Origin: Candidatus Zixiibacteriota bacterium
GTDB lineage: Bacteria > RBG-13-66-14 > B26-G2 > WVWN01
DNA length: 42,553 nucleotides
Direction of reading: 5' to 3'
Assembly: GCA_050117845.1 (NCBI GenBank)
Contig: JASFLY010000024.1
Location: 1-42,553 of the forward strand
Every line of letters starts with the position of its first letter. Within the stretch, counting starts at the first letter, position 1. Below are positions 1-9,106 of this stretch, one piece after another. Position numbers and translations under genes: made by a program. Under the pieces are notes generated by a model. The model was not told the origin of the DNA and ran no database searches. It worked only from the letters and a program-made list of their open reading frames with translations.

Positions 1-1
1 G

Positions 2-259
2 CGGGGCATCTACAACCTTGGTTCGGGGCGGGCCCGGACCTTCCTGGAGTTGACCTGGGCGCTCTTCAACGCCACGACACGGGAAGAGGTCGTCCGCTTC
101 GTCGACACGCCCGCGGCGGTGCGCGGCCGCTACCAGTACTACACCGTGGCGCCGATGGCCAAACTCCGGGACGCCGGCTACGAGCGCCCCTTCGTCCCCC
201 TCGAAGAGGGGATCCGGCGCTACGTGCGGGAGCTGGAGGGAACGGAGCGCGGCCGGTGA
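2..259 (+). CDS. hldD: ADP-L-glycero-D-manno-heptose 6-epimerase, 3' end (5'-truncated by window)
   Basis: Frame from nt 2 reads RGIYNLGSGRARTF...YQYYTVAPMAKLRDAGY..PF..LEEGIRRY, typical of the HldD/RfaD C-terminus. Confidence 0.8.
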   Translation, partial: RGIYNLGSGRARTFLELTWALFNATTREEVVRFVDTPAAVRGRYQYYTVAPMAKLRDAGYERPFVPLEEGIRRYVRELEGTERGR

Positions 260-278
260 GGGGGGCGTCTTTCCGCCC

Positions 279-307
279 TTGACTCACGGCCCGCCCCGAC
301 GTAAAAT
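279..307 (+). promoter_or_regulatory. sigma70-type promoter
   Basis: TTGACT(279-284)-17 nt-TAAAAT(302-307); conserved in the duplicate at 1451-1479. Confidence 0.75.
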
Positions 308-313
308 CTCCCT

Positions 314-388
314 ATGGAGATGGGGCGAGGTCAAATCGGTTTCTTTTTCGGGAACGCTTCGCCTTCCCTACGTCGCCCGACGGCTTGA
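314..388 (+). CDS. candidate leaderless leader peptide, 24 aa (MEMGRGQIGFFFGNASPSLRRPTA)
   Basis: ATG 7 nt after the -10 box; same length, start and stop position as the paralog at 1486-1560; stop abuts a terminator. Confidence 0.5.
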   Translation: MEMGRGQIGFFFGNASPSLRRPTA

Positions 389-406
389 GCCGCGGGGCGG
401 CTTTTT
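388..406 (+). terminator. intrinsic terminator/attenuator in 5' leader
   Basis: AGCCGC-GGG-GCGGCT followed by TTTT, upstream of the CDS at 480. Confidence 0.6.
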
Positions 407-479
407 CATATAAATTAAACCAACGGCCCGGCCCGAACCGGACGCGTCCGGACGCGCCGGCGCCAAGGAGGTACGCGCC

Positions 480-1382
480 ATGGCGTTACGATATAGGGTA
501 ATTATAGCTTTCGTGGCCGCGAGCGCGGCGGCCGCCTGCGCGTGGACTACCCCCGTCAACCTGGGCGCGACGGTAAATTCGGCGTCACTCGACGCGAGTT
601 CCACCCTCGGCGATAACCAGAGTACGACTTACATCTTCTTCTCCAGCAACCGCACCGGCGGCCAGGGTTTATCGGATATATGGTACGCCAGCGGGACGGC
701 CCCCAACTTCGGCGCGCCGGTTAATATGGGGGCGTCTATCAACTCCACCGTGTACGACGGCGGCCCGTGCATCTGCTGGACCGGCGGGCCGACGGCGAAC
801 ACTCTTTATTTCTACAGCACGCGGGCCGGCGGCGCCGGCGGCTCCGACATCTACGAGACGACCTACTCCGGAAGCGCGTGGTCCACGCCGGTCAGCGTCG
901 GCTCGAACATAAACACCGCCGCCTCGGAATACTACGCGCACGTCGCCTCCTGGCAGGGCCAAACGCGGATGTATTTCGTGCGCGAGAACGCGATATATTA
1001 TTCGACGTACGCCGGCGGCCAGTGGGGAACGCCGAACTATATATACCTCGGCGGCGGCGACGCTTATCACCCGTGCCAACGCGGCGAAGGGGAGGGCGCC
1101 AAGCTCTACTTCTCCTCCACCCGCGGGGGGGGATACGGCGACTACGACATCTGGGTATCCACCTATAGCGGCGGGGACTGGGGAACGCCGGTGAATCTGG
1201 GGCCGGATATCAACACGGCCGACGTGGAGAACTGCCCCGCGTTCGCGCCCGACGGCGTAACGATGTACTTCAGCTCCACCCGGCCGGGCGGCCAGGGCTA
1301 CTACGACATCTGGTATACGGTGCTGGACAACCCGGCGGTGGAGCCGGCCTCGGTGGGAGGGGTGAAAGCGGCGTATCGGTAG
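480..1382 (+). CDS. secreted PD40 (WD40-like/TolB-like) beta-propeller protein with conserved C-terminal tail
   Basis: AAGGAGG RBS; signal peptide; repeats WxxPVNLGxxINT...P.FAPDG..MYFSSTRPGG.G..DIW; ends NPAVEPASVGGVKAAYR. Confidence 0.85.
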   Translation: MALRYRVIIAFVAASAAAACAWTTPVNLGATVNSASLDASSTLGDNQSTTYIFFSSNRTGGQGLSDIWYASGTAPNFGAPVNMGASINSTVYDGGPCICWTGGPTANTLYFYSTRAGGAGGSDIYETTYSGSAWSTPVSVGSNINTAASEYYAHVASWQGQTRMYFVRENAIYYSTYAGGQWGTPNYIYLGGGDAYHPCQRGEGEGAKLYFSSTRGGGYGDYDIWVSTYSGGDWGTPVNLGPDINTADVENCPAFAPDGVTMYFSSTRPGGQGYYDIWYTVLDNPAVEPASVGGVKAAYR

Positions 1383-1450
1383 CGGTTCAACCGAAGGTGA
1401 AGCGCCACGCCACCCCTTTTACGGGCGGCCTCTAATCTCTTTTAAAACCC

Positions 1451-1479
1451 TTGACGCGACACCCTACGCGGCGTAAAAT
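1451..1479 (+). promoter_or_regulatory. sigma70-type promoter
   Basis: TTGACG-17 nt-TAAAAT; duplicate of 279-307. Confidence 0.75.
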
Positions 1480-1485
1480 CGCCCT

Positions 1486-1560
1486 ATGGAGACGGGGTTA
1501 GGTCAAATCGATTGCTACCTAGGGAACGCTTCGCCTTCCCCCTGTCGCCCCCCGGCTTAA
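1486..1560 (+). CDS. candidate leaderless leader peptide, 24 aa (METGLGQIDCYLGNASPSPCRPPA)
   Basis: ATG 7 nt after the -10 box; colinear with 314-388 without indels; TAA in place of TGA at the same position. Confidence 0.5.
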   Translation: METGLGQIDCYLGNASPSPCRPPA

Positions 1561-1577
1561 GCCGCGGGCGGCTTTTT
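1559..1577 (+). terminator. intrinsic terminator/attenuator in 5' leader
   Basis: AAGCCG-CGGG-CGGCTT followed by a T run. Confidence 0.6.
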
Positions 1578-1640
1578 AATATAAATTTAAATAACGGGCC
1601 GGCCCGGCGCCGCAGGGCCGGCGCAAAGGAGGCTACCTTT

Positions 1641-2543
1641 ATGGCGTTAAGACCTGGGGTAATTGTCTCTTTACTTGCGGTGAGCGCGGCCGCGGTTTGC
1701 GCGTGGACGACCCCCGCCAACCTGGGCCCGCCCGTGAATACGTCGGCGGGCGAAGGGAGCGCGAACTTCGGCGACTATCAGGGTACGACGTATCTTTTCT
1801 TTTCGAGCAACCGCCCCGGCAGCCTAGGGTATTACGACATCTGGTACGCTACCGGGACGCCCCCCAACTTCGGCACGCCCGTTAATATGGGTTCGACCGT
1901 CAACTCCGCGTATCATGAGGGGGGGCCGTGCATCTGTTGGACGGGCGGGCCGAAGGCCAACACGCTGTATTTCTACAGCACGAGGCCGGGTGGCGCCGGC
2001 GGCTCCGATATTTACGAGACGACCTACTCGGGCGGCAACTGGTCCACGCCGGCCAGCGTGGGCGCGAATATCAACACGGCCGCGGACGAATACTACGCGC
2101 ATATCGCTTCCTGGCAGGGCCAGACGCGGATGTACTTCGTCCGAAGCGGCAATATATATTATACGACATACACCGGGACCGAGTGGGGGCCGGCGATGTA
2201 CGTCCCCCTCGGCGCCGGCGGCGCGTGGCATCCATGTCAACGCGGCGACGGCGAGGGGGCCAGGCTCTACCTCTCCTCTACCCGCGCCGGCGGCTTCGGC
2301 GCCGTCGACCTCTGGGTGTCTACGTATTCGGGGGGCAATTGGGGCGCGCCGGTGAACCTGGGGCCGGCCGTCAATACGGCTTACGAGGAAAACGGCCCCA
2401 TCTTCGCGCCCGACAGCGAGACGATGTACTTCGGCTCGACCCGGCCGGGCGGCCCGGGCTACTACGACATCTGGTACACAGTGCTGGACAACCCGGCGGT
2501 GGCGCCGGCGTCGGTTGGGGGCGTGAAGGCGGCGTACCGGTAG
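1641..2543 (+). CDS. secreted PD40 beta-propeller protein, tandem paralog of 480-1382
   Basis: True start ATG at 1641 after AAGGAGG; 300 aa like the paralog; ends NPAVAPASVGGVKAAYR. Confidence 0.85.
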   Translation: MALRPGVIVSLLAVSAAAVCAWTTPANLGPPVNTSAGEGSANFGDYQGTTYLFFSSNRPGSLGYYDIWYATGTPPNFGTPVNMGSTVNSAYHEGGPCICWTGGPKANTLYFYSTRPGGAGGSDIYETTYSGGNWSTPASVGANINTAADEYYAHIASWQGQTRMYFVRSGNIYYTTYTGTEWGPAMYVPLGAGGAWHPCQRGDGEGARLYLSSTRAGGFGAVDLWVSTYSGGNWGAPVNLGPAVNTAYEENGPIFAPDSETMYFGSTRPGGPGYYDIWYTVLDNPAVAPASVGGVKAAYR

Positions 2544-2572
2544 TGGTCCCCCCAATTTTGGGGCTATTTAAC

Positions 2573-2611
2573 AAAAGAAGCGGTCACGCCGTTGAGGCGC
2601 GGCCGCTTTTT
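2573..2611. terminator. probable bidirectional terminator
   Basis: A-rich run, AGCGGTC...GGCCGCT hairpin, T run; lies between convergent genes. Confidence 0.6.
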
Positions 2612-2866
2612 AGTATCAGCGGCTTACAATTCACAGTTATTCGTAACCATCCAGGGCGACCAATAAAAACGCGGGTAAATATAACACCCAAAAAACACAG
2701 AAACGGCCGGCGCTACCGGTAAGCATTGATGAGGTATCCCTCTCCGCGACGAAGTTTCCAAGCAGGAGAGAGAGAAACCCCCGGTAGGGTCCGCCGGAAT
2801 CTCGGCACACAACGCTACCGCAATCTTCGTCACCGAACCAAGGGTTCCATCGTCGGGGCGTAGTGA

Positions 2867-5155
2867 TCACCTCCTCAAACCCTTCAACATAAATAGGAAC
2901 TTCTTTTTCGATGTCCCATAAAAACACGCGGCGGTCCACCCGACTGACCATTTATGGGCTTCGACTTGGGCGCCGATTTTACCGTCAGTCTTTATCCTGT
3001 GAATATGGACGTTAGAACCGTCGGATCCGGTCCCGTAATTCTTTAATAGGAAAAGGAACGTTGCACTACCGATCCTGTAAAACTCAGCAGTAGTCCAACC
3101 GGCGGTCCACTGATGCGTTTCTATCTTCCCGCCTATAGTCCCGTTCGGCTTTATTTTACGGATATGGACGTTTTTACCGTCGGATCCAGCGCCGCTTTTC
3201 ATGAGGGCGAAGCAATAAGTTGTATTACCGACTTTATAGAAATTCACGGTCGTCCATCCTCTATCCCATTTATGCGCTTCGATCTGAGCACCTACCGTAC
3301 CGTCGGAGTTCATCTTGTGGATGTGAACGTTTTTGCCATCTGAACCAGCCCCCATACGTTTTAAAAGGAATAGGTAAGTCGTATTACCTAATCGATAGAA
3401 CTCCGCGGTGGTCCACCCGCTCGTCCATTTAAGAACCTGGATTTGAGCACCTACCGTGCCGTCGGAGTTCATTACGTGGACGTGGACATTATTCCCATCG
3501 GACCCAGTTCCGTTAGCTTTAAGTAAGAATAAATACATAGAACTGCCGGCTCGGTAGAACGTCGCCGTAGTCCATCCATCCGTCCAATCGTATGCGGCGA
3601 CCTGATCTCCGACCGTACCGTCGGTATCCATTTTATGGATATGGACGTTTTTTCCGTCGGACCCGGAGCCCCTTCTCTTAAGAAGGAATAGGTGCGTAGT
3701 ATTACTAACCATAAACAACTCCGCAGTCGTCCATCCGCTAGTCCACGCGCGCACGTCTACTTTCGATCCGACACCACCTCTTCGATTAACCGAATGGATT
3801 TGTACGTTACCCCTTAGAATATGATTGGCCGCACCTATGTCCGTAGCCGTTAACGTGCTGGTACTATTTATCGTATTGCCGTGGAGGGCTTCGATCGTCG
3901 GGATGTCGGGGAGTTCTTCGCCAATCCCGCCGTTACTTTTTATCACATGCATATGCACGTGACCATTACCCTCTTTTAACAAGAACAAGTACACCGAACC
4001 TCCGGTTACGTAGAACTCCGCGGTCGTCCACCCGCTCGACCACTTATGCGTTTCGACCTGAGGTCCGACGGTGCCGTTGGAGTTCATCCTGTGAATATGT
4101 ACGTTCTTACCATCGGACCCGGTGCCGCTCTTCTTCAACAAGAATAAATAGGTAGTACCCCCGATTCGGTAAAAACCCGCGGTCGTCCACCCACTCGACC
4201 ACTTATGTGTTTCGACCTGAGGTCCGACGGTACCGTTGGAGTTCATCCTGTGGATATGTACGTTCTTCCCGTCGGACCCGGTACCGCTCTTCTTCATTAG
4301 GAATAGGTAGGTAGTACCTCCGATCGTGTAAAACTCCGCGGTCGTCCACCCACCCGACCACTTATGCGCTTCGACCTGAGACCCGACGGTGCCGTTGGAA
4401 TCCATTCGGTGAATGTGGACGTTCTTCCCGTCGGACCCGGTACCGCTTGCTTTTAATAGAAATAAGTACGTAGAACCGCCGGCCTGGTAGAATCTCGCCG
4501 TTGTCCACCCGCTAGTCCAACGATGCGTTTGTATTTGAACTCCAACAGTACGGTTCGTATTAACTTTATGTATGTGTACGTTATTACCATCAGAACCGGT
4601 ACCGTTCGCCTTAAGCAGGAATAGGTACGTGGATCCACCAACTCGGTAAAGCTCCGCCGTCGTCCATCCGCTTGACCAATTATACCGCAATTCCTTCGCG
4701 AAGTTGTTAGACCCGTAGTGCATCCTCGATTTGTAATCGTACACGCCGTATTCGCCGGCGCTCAGTTTTTTAAAATTATGCCACTTCCCGTTAAGGATTC
4801 TTTCTTTGTAAACCTTAACGTATTTATCCCTGTCGGGGCGTTGGTGTTCGTGTCGCAATCCGATCGCGTGCCCAATTTCGTGGATAACGGTTCTCGTCCC
4901 GTGCCCTTTCGCGAGTTCGATTTCTTGTTTTCCTCCTTGCTTTCCTACTTTACTACTACTTGATACATCATCCGTGGGGACGAACCGGACGTAATCTTTT
5001 TGGTTCGTCCTTTCTACGAACCGCACGACGGTCTTGTCTTCCCAAACGCGCCTTGCTTCTTTTACGGCCTTTTTATCGGCTAAACTGGCGTCGACTTCGT
5101 ACGGTATTAAAGCCCCGTACCAGTATTTACCCGTATCTTTGATAAAACAACCCAT
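2867..5155 (-). CDS. astacin-family (M12A) zinc metalloprotease with about 11 copies of a 53-aa WxxGWTT repeat
   Basis: HEIGHAIGLRHEHQRPDRD zinc motif, YDYKSRMHY Met-turn, AAGGAGG RBS; repeats WSSGWTTAEFY...YLFLLK..GTGSDGKNVHIH. Confidence 0.9.
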   Translation of the reverse strand: MGCFIKDTGKYWYGALIPYEVDASLADKKAVKEARRVWEDKTVVRFVERTNQKDYVRFVPTDDVSSSSKVGKQGGKQEIELAKGHGTRTVIHEIGHAIGLRHEHQRPDRDKYVKVYKERILNGKWHNFKKLSAGEYGVYDYKSRMHYGSNNFAKELRYNWSSGWTTAELYRVGGSTYLFLLKANGTGSDGNNVHIHKVNTNRTVGVQIQTHRWTSGWTTARFYQAGGSTYLFLLKASGTGSDGKNVHIHRMDSNGTVGSQVEAHKWSGGWTTAEFYTIGGTTYLFLMKKSGTGSDGKNVHIHRMNSNGTVGPQVETHKWSSGWTTAGFYRIGGTTYLFLLKKSGTGSDGKNVHIHRMNSNGTVGPQVETHKWSSGWTTAEFYVTGGSVYLFLLKEGNGHVHMHVIKSNGGIGEELPDIPTIEALHGNTINSTSTLTATDIGAANHILRGNVQIHSVNRRGGVGSKVDVRAWTSGWTTAELFMVSNTTHLFLLKRRGSGSDGKNVHIHKMDTDGTVGDQVAAYDWTDGWTTATFYRAGSSMYLFLLKANGTGSDGNNVHVHVMNSDGTVGAQIQVLKWTSGWTTAEFYRLGNTTYLFLLKRMGAGSDGKNVHIHKMNSDGTVGAQIEAHKWDRGWTTVNFYKVGNTTYCFALMKSGAGSDGKNVHIRKIKPNGTIGGKIETHQWTAGWTTAEFYRIGSATFLFLLKNYGTGSDGSNVHIHRIKTDGKIGAQVEAHKWSVGWTAACFYGTSKKKFLFMLKGLRR

Positions 5156-5247
5156 TACGTAACCTCCTTCTTTTAGGGGAATCCCACTACTACTCCTTCA
5201 CTTCGTGGGACTTTCTCTCTAAAAAGCGCCTCCTTGCTTACCGTACT

Positions 5248-5282
5248 AAAAAACCCCAGGCCGGCGCAAAGCCGAACCTGGG
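5248..5282 (-). terminator. intrinsic terminator within 5' leader of the astacin gene
   Basis: Minus strand CCCAGGTTCGGC-TTTGC-GCCGGCCTGGG-G-TTTTTT. Confidence 0.6.
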
Positions 5283-5408
5283 TAGTATTTCGCAACGCAA
5301 GGCGCCCTTGGCGCCGCGCTTCCACAGACCTCGCTCCCCCGTACTCGGGTATCGCTTACCCCCTAAAAGCGAACCCGCCTTTAGTTATCCCCCCACCTTC
5401 CTCGGCAC

Positions 5409-5436
5409 ATTATAAAATAGCGGTATTATTTGTCAA
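5409..5436 (-). promoter_or_regulatory. consensus sigma70 promoter
   Basis: Minus strand TTGACA-16 nt-TATAAT. Confidence 0.7.
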
Positions 5437-5478
5437 GCATTATTTACGCCAGCAATTATACAAGGCCGGCCCTCCCCA

Positions 5479-6606
5479 TCACTCCTCGGAGCAATAGGCG
5501 TAGACCTCGGGGCCTACCCACTCGCTGTAGGTCCTCGAGGCCGCGACGTAGGGGAAGAGCGGGTGAGAAGTAAAAAGGGCCTCGGGCCGGAGCGTGACGT
5601 ATTCCGTCCCGCCCTCCGCCATTTTATGGAGCGTATTCGCGTCGGGGCCGGCCACGAGGAACGTCGTCGGTACGTCGAAGTCGTGCGCGAAGACGCAGGG
5701 GTGCGCCTCCCGGCCGAACGGCGGAAGCGCCGCCGGGTCGACGCGAATCCCGCCGGCCAGCTCGTAAGGTTCGGGGTGGGCACGGAGGCCCTCGACCCAC
5801 ACCAACACGTTCGCTTCGGGCAAGAACTCGTAGCCCCCCTGCCACACGGAGCAGTCCCGCCTCAGCCTGGCGGACGACCACTCGTAAACGGCCAACCGCT
5901 TATTGACGCAGCCGCCCAGGGCCGTGGCCACATACGACCCGTCGTGGGAGCACTCCCAGCTGGTAGCGATTACCCGGCCGCATATCCCCGACCCGAGCGA
6001 CACGAGGTAAAGCGGCCCCGACGGGGTTTTCGGGTGGGGATACGGTACGAGGAATTTCCGGCCTTCCGCGGCGGCTTCGTAAGCGGCCTCGTCGTCCTCC
6101 CCGAACGCTTCCCGGATAAACTTCTCGATAGCGGCCTTCGTGGCAGCGGCGTCGCCGCCCCGGGCGGCGGCGTCCACGGCGGCCAAAGCCTCGTACTCCT
6201 TCGCGGGCGCGACGAACGGCGCGGCCACGTACCCCGTGGCGCCCCCCGTCAGCCGGACCTTGAACCACCCGTAGCCGTCTACGGGGGTACCTCCCGCCGA
6301 TTCCGCGAACCATTCCGGGTCCTCGCCCACGACGACGGCCTCCTCTCCCCGCTGGAAAACGCCCACGACCCTGCCGCCGGTCCCCGGCGTCTCGCGGACG
6401 TTCACGCCCGCGATCAGGCAGGCCACGCGCAGTTGGCCCTCGGCGGTGGCGGCCGTATCGGCGCCGGGCGCGTTCGCCGTATCGGCGGCGGCCGGCGTCG
6501 TGCCCTTCCTCTCCTCTTTCCCCTCGGCTCCCTTACAACCGCAGAGCGAAAACGCGGCCGCGGCGAGCGTAAGCGTTATTACTCCTTTTCTTAATATGGG
6601 GTCCAC
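5479..6606 (-). CDS. lipoprotein with bacterial SH3 domain
   Basis: GGAGG RBS + GTG; lipobox-like SLCGC; VNVRETPG...WFKVRL..G..GYV SH3b pattern. Confidence 0.75.
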   Translation of the reverse strand: MDPILRKGVITLTLAAAAFSLCGCKGAEGKEERKGTTPAAADTANAPGADTAATAEGQLRVACLIAGVNVRETPGTGGRVVGVFQRGEEAVVVGEDPEWFAESAGGTPVDGYGWFKVRLTGGATGYVAAPFVAPAKEYEALAAVDAAARGGDAAATKAAIEKFIREAFGEDDEAAYEAAAEGRKFLVPYPHPKTPSGPLYLVSLGSGICGRVIATSWECSHDGSYVATALGGCVNKRLAVYEWSSARLRRDCSVWQGGYEFLPEANVLVWVEGLRAHPEPYELAGGIRVDPAALPPFGREAHPCVFAHDFDVPTTFLVAGPDANTLHKMAEGGTEYVTLRPEALFTSHPLFPYVAASRTYSEWVGPEVYAYCSEE

Positions 6607-6702
6607 TTTTACCTCCGGCGGGATCGGCGACTACGTATAACGGACGAAAGCTACCTTATAATAAACGCCGGCCCTTTTCAACCCGGCGGTTCGCCCCGGA
6701 AG

Positions 6703-6734
6703 AAAAAGGCCGCCCCCGGGGGCGGCCTTCTTTT
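6703..6734. terminator. bidirectional terminator
   Basis: AAAAAGGCCGCCCCCGGGGGCGGCCTTCTTTT near-perfect palindrome. Confidence 0.75.
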
Positions 6735-6750
6735 AGTCCCGTAGAAGGTA

Positions 6751-7010
6751 TTACCTGAATAGGGCCTTCACCCTACCTATAGACGCAGGGACGACCGCGG
6801 GTTCGTTGCGGTCGAAGTATTGCACGCGGTTGTTGAGGTGATCGACGACGTATACCCGCGCGCCGTCAGGCCACACCGCGACGCCGCACACGCGGTCGAA
6901 CTGGCCGTCGCCCGTCCCGTATTCGCCGAAGGACCCCAGAAAGGAACCGGAGGACGTGGAATATCGGACGCGGCAACGATAATAATCCGATACGTAGATC
7001 CTCATATACG
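6751..7010 (-). pseudogene. C-terminal fragment of an NHL-repeat protein with the conserved tail
   Basis: About 1.5 NHL repeats (GSFLGSFGEYGTGDGQF...VYVVDHLNNRVQYF) ending EPAVVPASIGRVKALFR; no signal peptide or N-terminal blades, unlike 9650-10603. Confidence 0.6.
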
Positions 7011-7108
7011 GTCGCAACGTTACGCGGGGCGGCCGGTTCTGCGTCAGGCCTTCGCGAGAGAGGCTAACTACCTTGTATAAGGGGGGAGGATACACCACCC
7101 GGGGATAT

Positions 7109-9106
7109 TTACTCGGAACCGACGTGAGAACCGCCGTTCATCGTGGACTCCGCGGTCAGGGCGCACGCGCTTATGAGGATGGCCTTCGCGCCCCGGGGGC
7201 CCGGGCACCTGACGGTTAAATGCCTGTAGTACGGCGGCGCGCTAAGGGGCGGCGTCCTTACGACTCCGTATCCGTCAAGCCGTTCTCGAGCCACCTCGAA
7301 ACCGTCAATAGCTATCGCGATATCCGGCGAGCCCGAGACGGCCTTCAGTTCCACTTCCACGACGAAGCGGGAGGCCGGCGCGGTGAAACAGGCCGCGCCG
7401 CGCGCGGGAGACTCCAGAACAAAACCTGAAGGAGTATTGTTCCCGCGCCGATAAGGCGGGCGTTCCGAACGCACCCAATCCGGCTCGAACCGGATATCGT
7501 CGGAGGGCGGATTACTAGCGCGCAGGATATCGTCGTTCAAACGGTATACTTCAACTGAAGGTCGAAAATCCCAAGGCTCATGCTCGAACCGTAATACCGA
7601 ATCGGAATTCGCGATTATCGATTCGTAATTTCGGTTATACAAAGCGGCATTTCCGGGGTCGGCGGAACATAGTCGTTCCAAGTTAGATTTGAACCCTGGC
7701 GTTACGATATAAACAATACCCGCGGAAGCGTAATCCGCCGCGGACTTGGCGGCGATATAAGGCTCTACGTGGATTTCGTATTTATCCTGGTTTATGGGCG
7801 GCACGTCGGTTTGTCCGCCTTCCACCGGTGGCAGAGGACTCACCGCTTCCTTGACGATACGATGGGGCCAGGGTACCGTCTCCTCGAACCAAGCCTTCGC
7901 CTTCGTGCGGTCATCCGTGATGACGTGGAGGTACGTATCCCGGGCCGTAACTATTGCCAGACGGAAGAAAAACGCGCCGGCCAAAACAAAAATGATAGCG
8001 AACGCTACAGGCCTGGCACACCTTCGCTTGACGTTCTCTAAAACCCACGAACCGGCCAAACCGGCAAAAATGGCTCCGTACGGCAGTAACGGTTCCAGGT
8101 TCCTGGCGTAGCTTACTTTATTAATTACCAAAAACGCGATATAAGGCAGGGGAAGGACTAAAAGCGACAGGGCTTGGCGGCGTTGGCGGTAGGCGTATAG
8201 TACTATACCGGCGGCCGCGGCAATCAACGGCCCGGGCGTTAAGCCGTAACTCCATAGCTGCCCGAAATAGTGCCAGCCCGGAATGGCCGAGAAAGCCCTC
8301 GGTTCGCCGGTAACGAAGTAGTAGTTACTCGTTAAAAGTAGATCACGGAAGAAGACACGCCTCTCCAAAATCACCCCCGGGGCGAGACACAAGAAAACCA
8401 GCACCGCCGCGAGTATAAAGACGCAGGGACGCCGCCAATCGCGATCGCGGAACGCAATGACGACCGCGGCTGAGGCTATAAAACAGGCGGCGTTATACTT
8501 AAAACCGGTGGCCACGCCCGCGGCCACGCCGGCGGCGATTAGCATCTTCCAGTCCCGGCGCTCGAAAGAAAGAAAAAGTAAACAGACGGCCGCGAAAGCG
8601 GCCGTAGCCATCGGGACGTCGTTACTATAAATCCGGGAATCGAAAACGTGTAGAGGGGAAAACGCGAGCGTGAGTGCCGCGATAACGCCGGCGACGCGGT
8701 CGCGCCAGAACCGAACGGCGAACCAAAATACCAAAACCACGCCGCAAGCGCCAATCGCCGCCGTCATTGACCGGCATATTAACAAGTAATCGGACAGCGT
8801 CGTCGTCGCGGCCGCCCCGGGGCCGTTCCTTATAACGCAAACGAAGTAACTGAGGAGGGCGCCCGGGACTTGAAGATAGATATACCCGGACGGATAATAG
8901 TAGGAATGGGGTAAAAAATCGCCGTGCGCTATTAAGCTTTTTAGAGGCGTGACCAGGAAAACCTCATCCCAGTGATACATGTGAGGTAGCCCGTAGCCGA
9001 TACCGACTAAACGGATCCCGACAGCAATAAAAAACAACGTCCCGGCTGCTATACGGTCCTGGCGGTTAAACCCCTCGTAAGGCGTCCGTTCCAAATTTAC
9101 AGCCAC
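7109..9106 (-). CDS. GT-C fold (ArnT/PMT-like, GT39/83-type) multi-pass glycosyltransferase
   Basis: N-terminal TM followed by YGLPHMYHWDE; many TM helices; soluble C-terminal domain; GGAGG RBS + GTG. Confidence 0.8.
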   Translation of the reverse strand: MAVNLERTPYEGFNRQDRIAAGTLFFIAVGIRLVGIGYGLPHMYHWDEVFLVTPLKSLIAHGDFLPHSYYYPSGYIYLQVPGALLSYFVCVIRNGPGAAATTTLSDYLLICRSMTAAIGACGVVLVFWFAVRFWRDRVAGVIAALTLAFSPLHVFDSRIYSNDVPMATAAFAAVCLLFLSFERRDWKMLIAAGVAAGVATGFKYNAACFIASAAVVIAFRDRDWRRPCVFILAAVLVFLCLAPGVILERRVFFRDLLLTSNYYFVTGEPRAFSAIPGWHYFGQLWSYGLTPGPLIAAAAGIVLYAYRQRRQALSLLVLPLPYIAFLVINKVSYARNLEPLLPYGAIFAGLAGSWVLENVKRRCARPVAFAIIFVLAGAFFFRLAIVTARDTYLHVITDDRTKAKAWFEETVPWPHRIVKEAVSPLPPVEGGQTDVPPINQDKYEIHVEPYIAAKSAADYASAGIVYIVTPGFKSNLERLCSADPGNAALYNRNYESIIANSDSVLRFEHEPWDFRPSVEVYRLNDDILRASNPPSDDIRFEPDWVRSERPPYRRGNNTPSGFVLESPARGAACFTAPASRFVVEVELKAVSGSPDIAIAIDGFEVARERLDGYGVVRTPPLSAPPYYRHLTVRCPGPRGAKAILISACALTAESTMNGGSHVGSE

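Noticed and set aside
320..370. c-di-GMP-I (GEMM) riboswitch call for the duplicated leader
   Set aside because: Only loose echoes (GGTCAAA, GGGAACGC..GCC); no GNRA-capped P2 or tetraloop receptor
1512..1640. N-terminal extension of the second PD40 ORF
   Set aside because: RBS, signal peptide and paralog alignment all place the start at 1641
3900..4700. 159-nt DNA repeats as CRISPR or DGR template/variable repeats
   Set aside because: They are in-frame coding repeats; there is no reverse transcriptase and I saw no adenine-specific divergence
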